In this document: in pieces, positions 29,700 through 42,924 of the stretch | How positions within the stretch are numbered: position 1 is the stretch's first letter | Layout of the letters: the number at the start of each line of letters is the position of its first letter | Assembly (NCBI RefSeq): GCF_964355755.1 | Contig: NC_092673.1 | Location: forward strand, 10,478,001 to 10,542,000 | Direction: 5' to 3' | DNA: 64,000 nucleotides | Origin: Antedon mediterranea | Lineage: Eukaryota > Animalia > Echinodermata | Position numbers and translations under genes: made by a program | The notes under the pieces: model-generated | The model's database searches: none | What the model was told of the DNA's origin: nothing | What the model saw: the letters and a program-made list of their open reading frames with translations, nothing else

Positions 29700-30528
29700 G
29701 GGATATGACCGGTTGGGCCGCCGACAAGTTGAGCCGCCGGTGATTTCTATGACACGCCCAGTGCATGCGTCTTTTACGACATTTCGCGTAGTGATTAGGA
29801 TGGTGTCCTAGTAGCCTACACAAGTTCATGGTCTTGGTTTATTGGTCATGAAAATAAATAACATATAATTATATATTACAATTAACAACACAGCAAAAGA
29901 AAGTAGTAATATTTAATAATTTAATTGTTTTAATCTTTCGAGGAAAAAATTCAATGCACTCATAATTTTTCTCGCGTGTAGGCCTATTACCACGTAAAGC
30001 TTTACGTGGTAGTAGGCCTACACGCGAGAAAAATTAAGTCACGTTGTCTCTCAGGACTAATTAATAGAGTTTTAATATTCTTCGAATGAGGTTAAATAAA
30101 TATTATTTTTTATTTACTAATCTTTTAATATAATATTTTATTGAATTTTACAATGTTAATACACAAAATATTTTACTAAAAAACGTGATTTTATGTAATT
30201 GTTTTACCGAAAAATGGAGTAGGCCTAGCCTAGTTCATACAACTGCCGACTGAGGGGCAACATGTTTACGTCATTTTTGGCTAAAAACGATCACTTTCGG
30301 TGATGTTTTATATTTTGGAATCTACAAGCAAGATTTCCATAATTATTTAAATATAATATTTAATAATATACATACTAAAAACCATGATATATAAACTTTT
30401 GAATGTACATCGTTATCCCTAATATAAATAGAACGAGCACCGGCGAAAGTTAGCATTTGGCGTTCCATAGAAAATAACGTTTTTCTGGCGGTGGCTCAAC
30501 TTGTCGGCGGCTCAACTAGGCCTAATCC
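29700..30528. mobile_element. Non-autonomous TIR element (GG termini, 8-bp TSD; MULE- or Merlin-type)
   Basis: TSD GTACACAC at 29692-29699 and 30529-30536. The TIRs contain the inverted motif GCCGCCGACAAGTTGAGCC. Confidence 0.8.
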
Positions 30529-31006
30529 GTACACACTACACCCTATTATTCAGGGTTTACAGCCGAAACGGCCGCCAACTGAAACGGCCGCCAATTGAAA
30601 CGCAATTAAATGTATGAAACGCCGCGTGTGCCGTTTGTCATACAAAACGACGTGTGGTTTAATACAATTGTTTTACTTTTTTTTCAGATTGAAATGACTT
30701 TAGACGTATGTGACTTAATAAATATTAAACAGATAGATGTTTTTTAATTATTTATGTATTATTATGTTTATCGTATAATAATGAATGTTGTGTAAACATA
30801 GTTGGGTTTTTTATATATTTTTTAAATGTAGGCCTATACAGTAAAAGTGTAAGGAAAAGAATTGGAATTTGACAAAATAAATGATAAATAATTACTATTA
30901 TTATATTAAAATCTAAATTCTTCCTAGTACTAGTTAGATAATTTAATATTTATTGACGATTAAATCGAATTTATGATTTTCCCCGAATAGAGGTGGTTTT
31001 CACAAA

Positions 31007-33333
31007 TAGTCCAGATCCCTATGTCAAAAAAAGTGCCTTCGTGTGCAGATCATGGGGAAAGTGTAAACATTGTGTTTTATGAATAATTGAATCATGCTGG
31101 TTATAAAAACCCATGTTGTCAAATTTCTAAAGTTCATCTTTGACCTCTGACCTCAATTTGAATGTTTTGACCCATTGAAAACAAAATGGTCATATCTTTG
31201 CAACGCTTATTTTAAATGAAATAATTTTAGTGTCAAATTATTTGGGAGATGCATATTAATATTCTTTCTAATGGAAAAGTTTGTCCAAAAATGGCCGGAA
31301 GTATGATTTTTGGCATTTTTGACCTTTGACCTACATATCATATAACTCCGTAACTAACAGTTGGACAAACTTTAAATAGGGCTCAAATTAATCTGAAGGT
31401 ATATATTTCTATTCAGTCTAATAAGAACTTTTTTGAGAAAATGACCCAAAATCTTCTTATTGACCTTTGACCTGTACAGGTAGTACACATTCCTACAGTC
31501 TTAAAAACTATTGGCCGTAAAAGGTTTTTTTTTGTGAAATTGTTCGAAAAATTTACATTTATATGTTGTATAATAACAATATTTTATAGAAATGTAAAAG
31601 AATTCTATTTATGATAACTAACTTTGTAATATATTAACATCATTAGCATTTGTTAAAATATTAAAATGTGTTATATTTGCTGATTTTAAGCACTTCACAT
31701 GAATTTATCAGAATTACGTGTATTTAAATATAAAGTTTTATTTTTTTGACATAAAGAAAATTTAATTATCTATCAAATAAGACTATTTTCAAATTATTAT
31801 GGCTAAATCTTAATTAGATACAGGCAAAAAGGTGTATTTTTTTTACTTGTGTGAACAGCGCCCTCAATCTTCATTTTCCCCTAAAAAATACCACATTTTT
31901 ATGTGGTTTCATAAACTTAGCGGGTTGTAACTTTTTAAAAGATTTGTTGTCAGTGAAGTGTAACTCACATACCCCTTCTACCACATACTAAGTAAGTTTC
32001 TGAGATAAAATGAAAAAAATATTTTTATTGCTTGATATTTTTCTTAAGGTTTTTACATGGTACACGCTAAAAAAGATTTTGATTTTGTGCTAAAAATCCA
32101 TGTTTTTAGTTCAGTACAACAATCTTGTACAGACATTCTTACACAAACAGCATATTTTATTGGAAAGGTAATCATAATATCTATCCAATAAAAATTTTAT
32201 GAATTTTGTGTATTAATATCTGCTAGATAGCTTTTATTAAACCAAAAAGATGGACTTTTAGCTCAAATCTAAAATATTTTTTGGTGTGTATCATGTAATA
32301 ACCTCAACAAAAATATCAAGCTATCAAAATATTTTTCTCATTTTTTTTCAGAAACTGACCTAGTACGTTATAAAAGTGATATGTAAATTACAGGTTACTG
32401 TAAATAATCTTTAAAGCAAAGTTATAACCTGTTAAATTTATGAAACCACATAAAAATGTGGTATTTTGAGGGAAAAATTAAGATTGAGGGCGCTGTTCAC
32501 ACAAGTAAAAAAATACACCTTTTTGCCTGTATCAAATTAAGTTTTAGCCATAATAATTTGAAAATAGTCTTATTTGATAGATAATTAAATTTTCTTTATG
32601 TCAAAAAAATAAAACTTTATATTTAAATACACGTAATTCTGATAAATTCATGTGAAGTGCTTAAAATCAGCAAATATAACACATTTTAATATTTTAACAA
32701 ATGCTAGTGATGTTAATATATTACAAAGTTAGTGATCATAAATAGAATTCTTTTACATTTCTATAAAATATTGTTATTATACAACATATAAATGTAAATT
32801 TTTCGAACAATTTCACAAAAAAAAACCTTTTACGGCCAATAGTTTTTAAGACTGTAGGAATGTGTACTACCTGTACAGGTCAAAGGTCAATAAGAAGATT
32901 TTGGGTCATTTTCTCGAAAAAGTTCTTATTAGACTGAATAGAAATATATATCTTCAGATTAATTTGAGCCCTATTTAAAGTTTGTCCAACTGTTAGTTAC
33001 GGAGTTATTTGATATGTAGGTCAAAGGTCAAAATTGCCAAAAATCATACTTCCGGCCATTTTTGGACAAACTTTTCCATTAGAACGAATATTAATATGCA
33101 TCTCCCAAATAATTTGACACTAAAATTATTTCATTTAAAATAAGCGTTGCAAAGATATGACCATTTTGTTTTCAATGGGTCGAAACATTCAAATTGAGGT
33201 CAGAGGTCAAAGATGAATTTTAGAAATTTGACAACATGGGTTTTTATAACCAGCGTGATTCAAATATTCATAAAACACAATGTTTACACTTTCCCCATGA
33301 TCTGCACACAAAAATACATAGGGATCTGGACTA
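31007..33333. mobile_element. Foldback element with ~0.9-1.1 kb TIRs, Academ-like (TAG...CTA ends, AAA on both flanks)
   Basis: Ends TAGTCCAGATCCCTATGT ... ACATAGGGATCTGGACTA. Arms are near-identical from 31007 to ~31915, then more diverged to ~32105. Alternative reading: TA TSD with GTCC ends. Confidence 0.8.
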
Positions 33334-33359
33334 AAATTGTTTTACATTATATTATAAAC

Positions 33360-33865
33360 ATATACACGTTGTAGTGATGTATCGTTACATGTGCTGTACT
33401 ATTTCAATCGACTAGGACGGTGATAGTTTCAACAAAGTATTACATCGCAATGTTTTACTGTGTTTAGTGGTATATTATTTGTAAAACATGAAAGCAATTA
33501 ATATTTCGTTACTAAATGGATAAAGAATATATTTTAACATTGTTCCTCTTTGCACCCATCCTCTTCCCCATCCCTCAACCCTAATGTTACATACAAAACA
33601 CAAATTAAGTTTGTTTAAATTTTACTTAAACAATTGGTCTTATTTTGTGACAAGTTTCTCTTTCGGAAGTAATAGGGTGCTAATTTTAGTTGAGTACATA
33701 AATCACAGTGTCTATTTATTCGTTCCTGTACACGACATGTATTATTGTCCTGCGGTACGTACATTTGAAATCGCCAGTTTTTTAACGCTGAAATTATTAT
33801 GTATTCGAGAACCATCTGTGGGCACGACCTAGATGGTACGCGAGCGAAGCGAGCGTACCATCTAG
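33360..33865 (+). mobile_element. Non-autonomous Helitron-like 3' segment (copy 1)
   Basis: Ends with the hairpin GGTACGCGAGCGAAGCGAGCGTACC followed by ATCTAG|T. It is an inverted homolog of 34373-34890; the 5' boundary is approximate. Confidence 0.65.
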
Positions 33866-34372
33866 TGTTGATAATTTGATAACAAGTAATGTTCAATTGG
33901 AAAAAACTCCATTTTAAAGGAAAACGCAAGCACCAAAAAGTGCGTGGCATTTCTGTGCAAATAATAGATTATTGTCTTTATGTAATGTTAGATGACGCCG
34001 ATACGCGGAGCTCCACAGATAATGTGACTAGGCGCGGTTAATGCGCTAACATCTAACATAAATTCAAAACAATTAGCCCCGCGAAGGTGTTGTTGATACA
34101 CATAATAGTAAAACAATAGGACACAACTTCATTTAAAGTGCTTTATTTGCACGTTAGAATGTTTGAATATTATTCCACAATTTCATATGTTATTGAATTT
34201 ACTATAGACCTAATAAGTAACAATATAAATAGCTTTACTACATAACATATATTAATATTATTACAGTACATTTGTATTTGTTTTGCCTATTTCAACTTCA
34301 ATAATTGATACAGTATTTGTTTGAATACGTTAAATAAATTTATATTGCGCTTAGAATGGTGAATTATTATAA

Positions 34373-34890
34373 CTAGATGGTACGCTCGCTTCGCTCGCGT
34401 ACCATCTAGGTCGTGCCCACAGATGGTTCTCGAATACACAGTAATTTCAGCGTAACAAAACTGGCGATTTCAAATGTACGTGCCGCAGGACTATTGTCGT
34501 TTACAGAAACGAATAAATAGACACGATGATTTATGTAGTCAACTAAAATTAGCACCCCGGGAATTACTTCCGAAGGAGAAACTTATCACAAAATGAGTCC
34601 AAATTTTTGATTTGGACTCATTTAAAGAAACCCAATTTGTGTTTTGTATGGGTTTTTTTTATATTAGGGTTGAGGGATGGGAAAGCGGATAGGTACAAAG
34701 AGGAACAATTTTTAAATATATTCTTTATCCACTCAGTAACGAAATATTGTTTTCGTGTTTTATAGGCCTATAAATAATATACCTCTAAATACAGTAAAAC
34801 ATTTGCGATTTAATACTTTGTTAAAACTGTCACTGTCATAATCGATTGAAATATTAAAGTACATGTCACGATACACCACTACGACGTTTA
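34373..34890 (-). mobile_element. Non-autonomous Helitron-like 3' segment (copy 2, tail-to-tail with copy 1)
   Basis: The same hairpin plus CTAG|T on the minus strand. The body has diverged from copy 1. Confidence 0.65.
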
Positions 34891-37800
34891 TTTTATTGGT
34901 AATTATTAATTAATACAAACGTTGAGAAGGAACTGTCAGTATAAAGTTTATTTGTATATAATAATGTGTTTATATATCTAACAGTAGATCCTATCCACAA
35001 TCTCAGTAATAAAGTTTATCTGTATATATTTTTACAGTACGAACATTCACAGTAAGAAATGTTCGATTCAAATGAGGACTAAAAATAGTTACAGTATTGT
35101 CAAAGTATTGCAAGTTTATTCTCAAAGGGCCCATATATTTACCTACCGTATGTGTTAAATCAAGGGCTCATAAATTTACCTACTTGTGCTAAACCAAACT
35201 CTGGCAGACTGAGAGATTGGGATGTTCCATTCATCGCAAATCAATACATTTGTATAATCATATATTAAATCTATCAAAATAGTATTTTTTAAAGAAAATC
35301 GGCCTGTCTTCAACATTATGATGGTGTACTCTAGCTGTTCAACCGGTTTTCAGCTATTAAAAACAATTATCGTAGGAGGAGATAGGAAAATGCGAAGCCT
35401 CCTCGCATTTTTGTGGCGGGTATTTTTCAAGATGGACATCCATTAGACAGTGTATACCACGATCGGAAAACACCCCGATTTGGGGCAAATCGTTGAACCT
35501 AAATTCGTTTTAATCGTCAATAACTAATTATCTAACTTAATTTAATTAGTAAACAGGGTTACATCAGGTGGTTAAAATCAGTACCGAAAGTACGAACCAA
35601 CTTTATATACCATCGAGTAAAAATTCTAGAAGTAAGGCGCGATTTACCGAATTTTGCCCTTACGTAAATTTATATATAGATAAACATTATTTTTATAAAA
35701 ACTTAACTAAAAAATACGTTTATTCTTTGATTTTATTCTTAAACATATATTGGTTGGTTTCATTTATTTTTTTTCTCCATCATGGTTTCATAGGCTTTAC
35801 TGTACGTTTATAATACTGCATTGGCTTGTTGTAGCTGCGGCGGTATTGGCGTCCCATAGAAAATGTTGGCGGCCGTTTCAGTCGGCGGCCGTTTCGGTCA
35901 CACACCTTATTCAGTGTTGGTGCTCTTGATGAAAATGCATTTTTTAAATCATATATAAAACTGTAATGTTAAAAAAATGGTCAACAAAATTAGTATCAAT
36001 GGTCCTATAGTAAAGTTATATTACAATTTAGTTTTAGGCCTGAAACAACATTTCAATTAATTAGATGAAATAAATAATCGAATAAATCATAATATATATT
36101 AAAGTCAGAAGCCTATAAAATCCAAATATAATAGGCCTATTAAACAGCTGAAGATTGTGCCCCTGGGAAAATACTAATAAAACTAATAATTGCGTGGCTT
36201 AAAACACTTTTTAAAACTGCAAAATGGAAAATAAAACATCTTTATAAAGTAATAAGACTGGTGAAGAATGGTTCCCTAAAAACATTAAAAGAAAATTATA
36301 TTATTTAGAAGAACACAACAATCTTACCTTAAGCCAGTTTTTGCCTTTAGTTGTTTTGGTAAATTTTATAACCTTGCCTAACTGTTCACCGTCAGAATGC
36401 TTTATTGCCCTAGTGTTATTAATTATTAGATAAGCAATGTTGTCTTCCTCTACACAAAACCTCCAGTCCATTTTATCAAATGCGATAACGAAGTGATCAC
36501 AAACAATGTTGGGCGACGAGTGACGCGCTTTCACACTGTTACGATCTTTTATTTGGGCCAGGGAGTTATTAGTCAACTCCCTGTTTGGGCATTGTCCACA
36601 TTGTTTATACTAAAGCTACAGATCAGCAGGAAGAAAAACTCAAGTGCAAATCGTATTTCATATCGATAACGAGTTTTATTTGCACGATAGAGATCGATAA
36701 AATCTGCAAGTAATATATAATCATTTTCATAGAGTAACTTATATATTTTAATCTACTTATACTGTAGTAAAATAATTTTTACCATTTCCAACTAATTCAT
36801 ATTGGGCTCCCGTAATTTCACCTATGCTACACTGCATATATATATATCAACTATGTAAATACTTTATTTGCACATAACATAATAACAACATGATATAAAA
36901 AACATATGACCAAAAAATAAATAAATCATATATTCAAAAGTTTAGCGCCTCTAAAGGAAACATCAAATTGAAGTAAGAAATCCTGATATTTTAACTAAAT
37001 TAAAATTCTTGAATTAAATTCCTTTTTTATAAGCAGTTGTATATTGTTTTGTATAATTGTAAATTTATATTATATTTATAAAATAAGAAATTTCGGTTAC
37101 AAATATGCTTTTTTTTAAATACAGTATTACAGAGATGTTTTATTATTTGAAGTTTAGGTTGTTGGTGGGGTAGCCAATGAACATAAAATTATTGTATTTT
37201 GACTATTTCCATTTTGATTGGTCAATTTTGTCGTTAAAAACACGTCCGTATAAATTGTGCGTCTCTTTTGAATAACCTACTGTGTAATATTGAAGCTGTT
37301 TATAATTGTTTACTATGAATCATTAAAATATAAACATACGCCTATTTAAAATGAACTTAGAATAGTTATTAAATACATAAGACAAGCTAGTGATCAATAC
37401 TTTATTTTCTTGTAAAAAAATATGAATGTGATGATTATATCGCGTATTATAAGATAAAAGCGTTGATAGTATTCCAGATATCAACTTGAAAAATATAGAA
37501 CAAAAAAAAACAATTTTAAGCATTCATTGATCTAAACAAAAATTGTCCACTTTTTATGTACAAAAAAACAAAAGTCATATCGGATAGACCATCATCAAAT
37601 GTTCACGTATCTCTGAAATATTGTGTCGAACGAAAAGATTATTTCAATTTCAAAGTTGGCCTGTCAAACTAGGCGTTAGAAAAATAAATTAAACTAATAT
37701 TTTCATAAAATTATATTGGACAAATAAATGATATGCACATTTAATAATACAATTTACTTTTTGCATGCGCATGATATTATTATATAATGAATTTTTCAAT

Positions 37801-37962
37801 TGTGTAGCCAAGTCACACCTGTGATACATTGGGTTAACTTTCACAATTCTTATTTGTTTTTTTTTTCTTTTCTTCCATAATAGTGTGGTTCTATAATGGT
37901 TATAGTAGGTCACCCCATGAATAAAGATGCAATAGTATGATATATAACATGGTTTTATCAAA

Positions 37963-40330
37963 GTGCCGTTAAAATGAATTATTATAAAATATTATTATAA
38001 TATATCAAAGAAAAGCCACATTAAATCTTATTTAATTAGGATAATATACGGGCAACACTAGCCCTATATCAGTGGAAGTGCTTTTACAAAATTGAGAGTA
38101 TGAATATTTTACATCCATTTCAAAAGCTTCATTATTATTGCGATCTTTTAGACATTATGTGAGTTAAAAAACAGAAAATTAAAAAAACATTTAAATATAA
38201 ATTCACTAGCCCTTTATAAGTGAAAGGACAAAATTGAGAATATGAAGCAAACAAGCACTGCCTGAGTGAACTGGTTTAAAGAAATAAAAACAAAGGATCG
38301 AGGCACAAGCTGAAAACAATGAAGATAGCTTGGTAGATATAAACAATTAGGAATGTATTTAAAAAAAAACAACTCAAATGGTGGTTAATATTGAACCTTA
38401 AACTTAGGTAGTCGATGGAATAATTTTACCGATCTGGGAGTATGTTAATGTTTTGTGGCTTTAAGTAGTAATTCCAAGTTTTTTTTTGTCTTTTGACAAC
38501 CTAATATGTTCGTGTCATTGATATAAGATATTACACGAATGCGACATGTCTTTTGAATGCAATACATTGAACGTTCTTTGCGGTTTCTGCAAGTATCAGT
38601 ATTATTCATTTATATCATTCAGATTAGATATAATATTCAGAACCGGAGCAACGTTTTTGAAATTTAGTGGTAATTTAAGGTTGTGTATATTTGGAAGTCC
38701 AAACCCACGTCAGCTCGACTATGATTGGGACTAATGGTTAGAGCATTTTTAGGAATTCGGAGTTCTGTGCTGTTTCTGCGATTATCCCTTTATATCACAT
38801 TAGATAAAAAAAAAACAATGATATGTTATTGATATAAGGGTTTATATCTGTCACGGAAATTAGGCATTAATAACGTCAAGGACATTACAATTTTGTCGCA
38901 ATTGCCAACCCCAAAAACAACTATCACTCAAATCATGCTTGAAAAAGGCACAACTTTATACACCCTTTATACTACAATGATAGTTTTCAGTAATTACTTC
39001 TTATATGCATCATGCACACTAATTAATCAGTTTTGTCTTCTATATATAAATTTTGATAATGAAATTGTTTGCAACATCAATATAAACACTTCCAAAAGTG
39101 GCATACAGGGTCGGAGCCCCATGCCATTAGCTACCCATGATCATCATGTAGGCGTAGTGCCGTTAAAATGAATTATTATAAAATATTATTATTAAGCAAA
39201 GGTATAAATGTGTAATTTTATGAAAGCATTTTGTGTCTCACAGTGTAGATAGATCGCTTAATTATGGATTATTTAACCCTTTTTACCCTGGTGGTGTTTA
39301 TTTCTTTCTAATAAAAAGTCTAACCTGAAGTTTAAATCAATGAATAAAGAGTAACAGTGACCGTACCATGCATATAGGCTCAATAGAATTATAAATGTCA
39401 AAGAGTTTTGTTAAATGTTTATAATTTATCAAAGTATAGCCACATTAAATCTTTAAAACAAGTTAATCTAAACTTTTAATTCTATCTTCAAACAATTTCC
39501 TGTATGATCAAATCACCTTTTATGTATATAATTTTCAGAAATGAATACTGTACCTTGTAATAATAATATAATAATATTTATTTGGAGCAACACATATTTA
39601 ACAGTGGCACACATACAACATTTAAGCATATCAAAATATGTTTATACCTCCATGATTTAAGCAACACAATTACTTTAAAAAAAAACTATACAAAAACAAT
39701 AGAAAATAAAAACTGAAACTACCTGTACAACTTGTCATATTTAATTAATAGGATAATATACTATATCAGTGGAAGTGCTTTTACAAAATTGAGAATATGA
39801 ATATTTTACATCCATTTCAAAAGCTTCATTATTATTGCGATCTTTTAGACATTATGTGAGTTAAACAACAGAAATTTAAAAAAAACATTAAATATAAATT
39901 CACTAGCCCTTTATAAGTGACAGGACAAAATTGAGAATATGAAGCAAACAAGCACTGCCTGAGTGAACTGGAATAAAGAAATAAAAACAAAGGATCGAGG
40001 CACAAGCTGAAAACAATGAAGATAGCTTGGTAGATATAAACAATTAGGAATGTATCTAAAAAAAACAACTCAAATGGTGGTTAATATTGAACCTTAAACT
40101 TAGGTAGTCGATGGAATAATTTTTACGATCTGGGAGTATGTTAATGTTAAGATCAAACAGTTTTGTGGCTTTAAGTAGTAATTCCAAGTTTTTTTTTGTC
40201 TTTGCGAGTTTTGTCGCTCCATTTGACAACCTAATATGTTCGTGTCATTGATATAAGATATTAAACGATTGCGACATGACTTTTGAAAGCAACAAGACTA
40301 CATTAAAAGTCCTGTGCGATTTCTGCAAGT
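37963..40330. repeat. Local direct duplication of ~0.6 kb (about 38030-38600 vs 39745-40330) with partial inverted copies at ~41560-41595 and ~43720-43950
   Basis: Shared text, e.g. TATATCAGTGGAAGTGCTTTTACAAAATTGAG and GGTAGTCGATGGAATAATTTT. Confidence 0.85.
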
Positions 40331-42924
40331 AGATTGAATTAACATTTCGGTTACAGAAAAATTAATGTTTTTTATAGCTGATCTGTGTGTCATTCTAATA
40401 CACAGAGTGTTTTGGTTTCTACCACTCACTACAAATATTACAGTGTATGATATAAATGACATTTTTGGTTAGACAATTAATTGGTTATGATTTTCTATGA
40501 AGCAACAAGCTAAGCCAATTTAAGCACGTATTGGAAAAGTGTTGGCATATAGGCTAATATAATAATAATTTGTTTTACACGTGCATGATTAATTATACTG
40601 TACTTTTTAATTCGAGTCTTTGTTGTTAATTCATTAAACCAATCACTTTATAATATAGGCCCACTAAATTTTGTAATAATAATTCGTTTAGGCCTTAAAA
40701 CATTCTCAACTAAATTTGGAACAAATAAGTCACCTCTGTGATTGAAGTTCGCTTTTTGATAGCTCGGTTATGTCAGGTAGGCCTACTAATAGCTGAATGC
40801 GATATCTAGAAGCAAAACGAAGACAGCCGACCTGATACCGCTGAGATACGATAGCCAGTTTTATAAAGATGTTGTCTGAGAGAGGGAATCAACATACGAG
40901 TTCATCATAATAAATTTGTTCGACCGACATAAAAGTCATTCGAGATTTTTGACTCCGAAACTAAGACAAATGTGACGATTTTTTTTTTTAAACAGATGCA
41001 AAGCACACAACGAGACACATTTAAAAGCTGAACCTATAACAACACCGTGCTCTATATTCTTAGCTTAATTGACTATTTAAAATACATGGAAAGTACTTAG
41101 TAAAGTATACAAAAAAACACTTCGAAGTTTGCATTGCGAAATTAATAATTATGTTGAATGATGAAGTACGGGCTTGTATTTAATAGGTAACATACATACA
41201 AAATTGCCTTTAGTGACTATATCTTAGTCATACAGAAGAACTTTGAACTTCGATAGGGAATAGGCAATAACTTGTATTGTCATTATTCGAGTGATTTATA
41301 TTAATATATACACTAGGCCTACAGTATATAATTACGAAATTATTTTGGTGCTAGATTGCCTGGTTTCCATCTAAGGGACAACACACAATAAGTTTTGATG
41401 CCTAAATAGGAGATGAAAATTAAAAGTTTTAAAAGTATTTTAATTTTCTAACGGATTAGGTCTATAAGAAACGTATGGTATATGGTTGCCATTTAAAAGA
41501 GCTTTCATTTACAATCACCAGCATAACTTTTAATGTATGATACTTTGATGAAAATTCATGTCGCAATCGTGTAATATCAATGACACGAATATAGGTATTT
41601 ACGATCAAATTAAAATAGTTTAAAGCGTGTAGACTAAATGGGATTCAAACAACTTCTAAAGTGTATTGTTCGTTACATTTTTCATAACTGTAATTCTATC
41701 CTATAGCACTCAACCCGAACAATTATTTACTTCTTGATTTTTAGCAATATATCCTAATATTACGTAATATATGATACGAATTCAATTAGATAAACAATCT
41801 CAGTATAACCAGACTATGTTCAGAAGGTTCAAAAGTACGGAAAGTAAAAAGGGATGTGTTCGTTAATATAGATAAATACTGCCAGTGTTAATATAAAACG
41901 TATTTATAGAATCGGACACAGCATCATAAAATCGAGAGACGACAAAACTTTTTTCAGGAATATAGACCAGGCAATGCACTCTTACTTTTAGCTAACATTA
42001 TTTTTGAGAGGATTAAAAATCCGGAATGTCTGAATAAAAGTATAGGTAGGCCTATAGGTAAAATTAAGATTATCGAAGAAACGGTACATTAGACTACTTT
42101 ACATCTTGTCTATAGTTTTCACTTTTATTTGCACCCCTAAACAAATAATATTGCTAAATTTAGTTTTCCTTGGCATTTAATGTATGAACTAAAAATTATT
42201 GTAAATGAAAAGTTTTTTAAACGGAAACAAATCCAATACGTTTTTGGGATGGATTCCTATAGTTTTACCTAGTTTTACTCTAGAGGGCATGTCCAGTCCT
42301 ATCTATTTATTGCTTGAAACTATAATCAGCGGTTTTTTAAAACTTTAAACTTATCTGTGATATTATCAAGAGTTAATAGTGGAATTGCTAGCAATCTAAG
42401 CTATGTCCATATTCCTAACAAATGCTCTAACCAACCCCATGGTCGGGCTGAGGTGGTATTAGACTAAAGTATCTGAACATTATATTAGTAATTTGAACGT
42501 TATTATTATTATTATTTTCCGTCCAAATGGGGTAGCTAATTACATTATAGTGACTCCGACCCTGACAATTCGGAAGTAGACTTTTGTTTTATATTCAGAT
42601 GAATATAAGGAATAATTGATAATTATAGAAACATTTTAATACAAATCAGGTAGGCCCCTATTTACAATCACATTAATTTAAAAAAAGTTCAAGCGTTAAT
42701 TAAAATGTTTCATAGACTCATATTTCATAGTTTATATTTAACTTTGGTTATACTGTATATGATTTTTAGCAATAAATCCTAATATCACGTAAAAACAAGA
42801 TATGAAAGTCACAGTCCAATTCAGTGGCAACAGGCATTTGATATGGTCGTCCAAAACTCCGTTTAAAAGATGTTAGTAAGCGTGATCGGTTTTCTTTTAA
42901 TATTCCCACTGGTTCTTGGGAAAT

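Larger units (their letters stand above)
30554..35906. mobile_element. Non-autonomous TIR element (GG termini, 8-bp TSD; MULE- or Merlin-type) containing nested insertions
   Basis: TSD TTATTCAG at 30546-30553 and 35907-35914. TIR core CCGAAACGGCCGCC(A/G)ACTGAAACGGCCGCCAA is present at both ends. Confidence 0.87.
24307..36471 (-). pseudogene. ~10-exon gene (~670 aa): ParB/sulfiredoxin-like domain + degenerate beta-class N6/N4 DNA methyltransferase fold + acidic tail; this copy is disrupted
   Basis: GT-AG exons at 36471-36328, 29616-29382, 28192-27708, 27511-27374, 26818-26584, 26356-26121, 25770-25635, ~25368-25184, 24969-24826 and 24389-24307; all junctions but one are phase-compatible. ParB-like motifs: LRKIDQDFV, YSLGGNHLRTAL, VYFDLTKTESLRVASRHN. 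MTase-like motif: KSLELLIKQLVTRHSREGHLVVNCLGWN...IILQRRNCITLLEND. There is an in-frame TAA near 28111 and a phase conflict at the exon 7/8 junction. Confidence 0.7.

Noticed and set aside
36559-36583. 9-bp stem hairpin CAGGGAGTT...AACTCCCTG upstream of the minus-strand gene
   Set aside because: Too short to interpret without conservation data, and a bacterial terminator reading does not apply here.
33584-40068. Assorted 60-110 aa AT-rich ORFs (other than the exon at 36471-36328)
   Set aside because: No motifs, low-complexity composition, and located in non-coding repeats.
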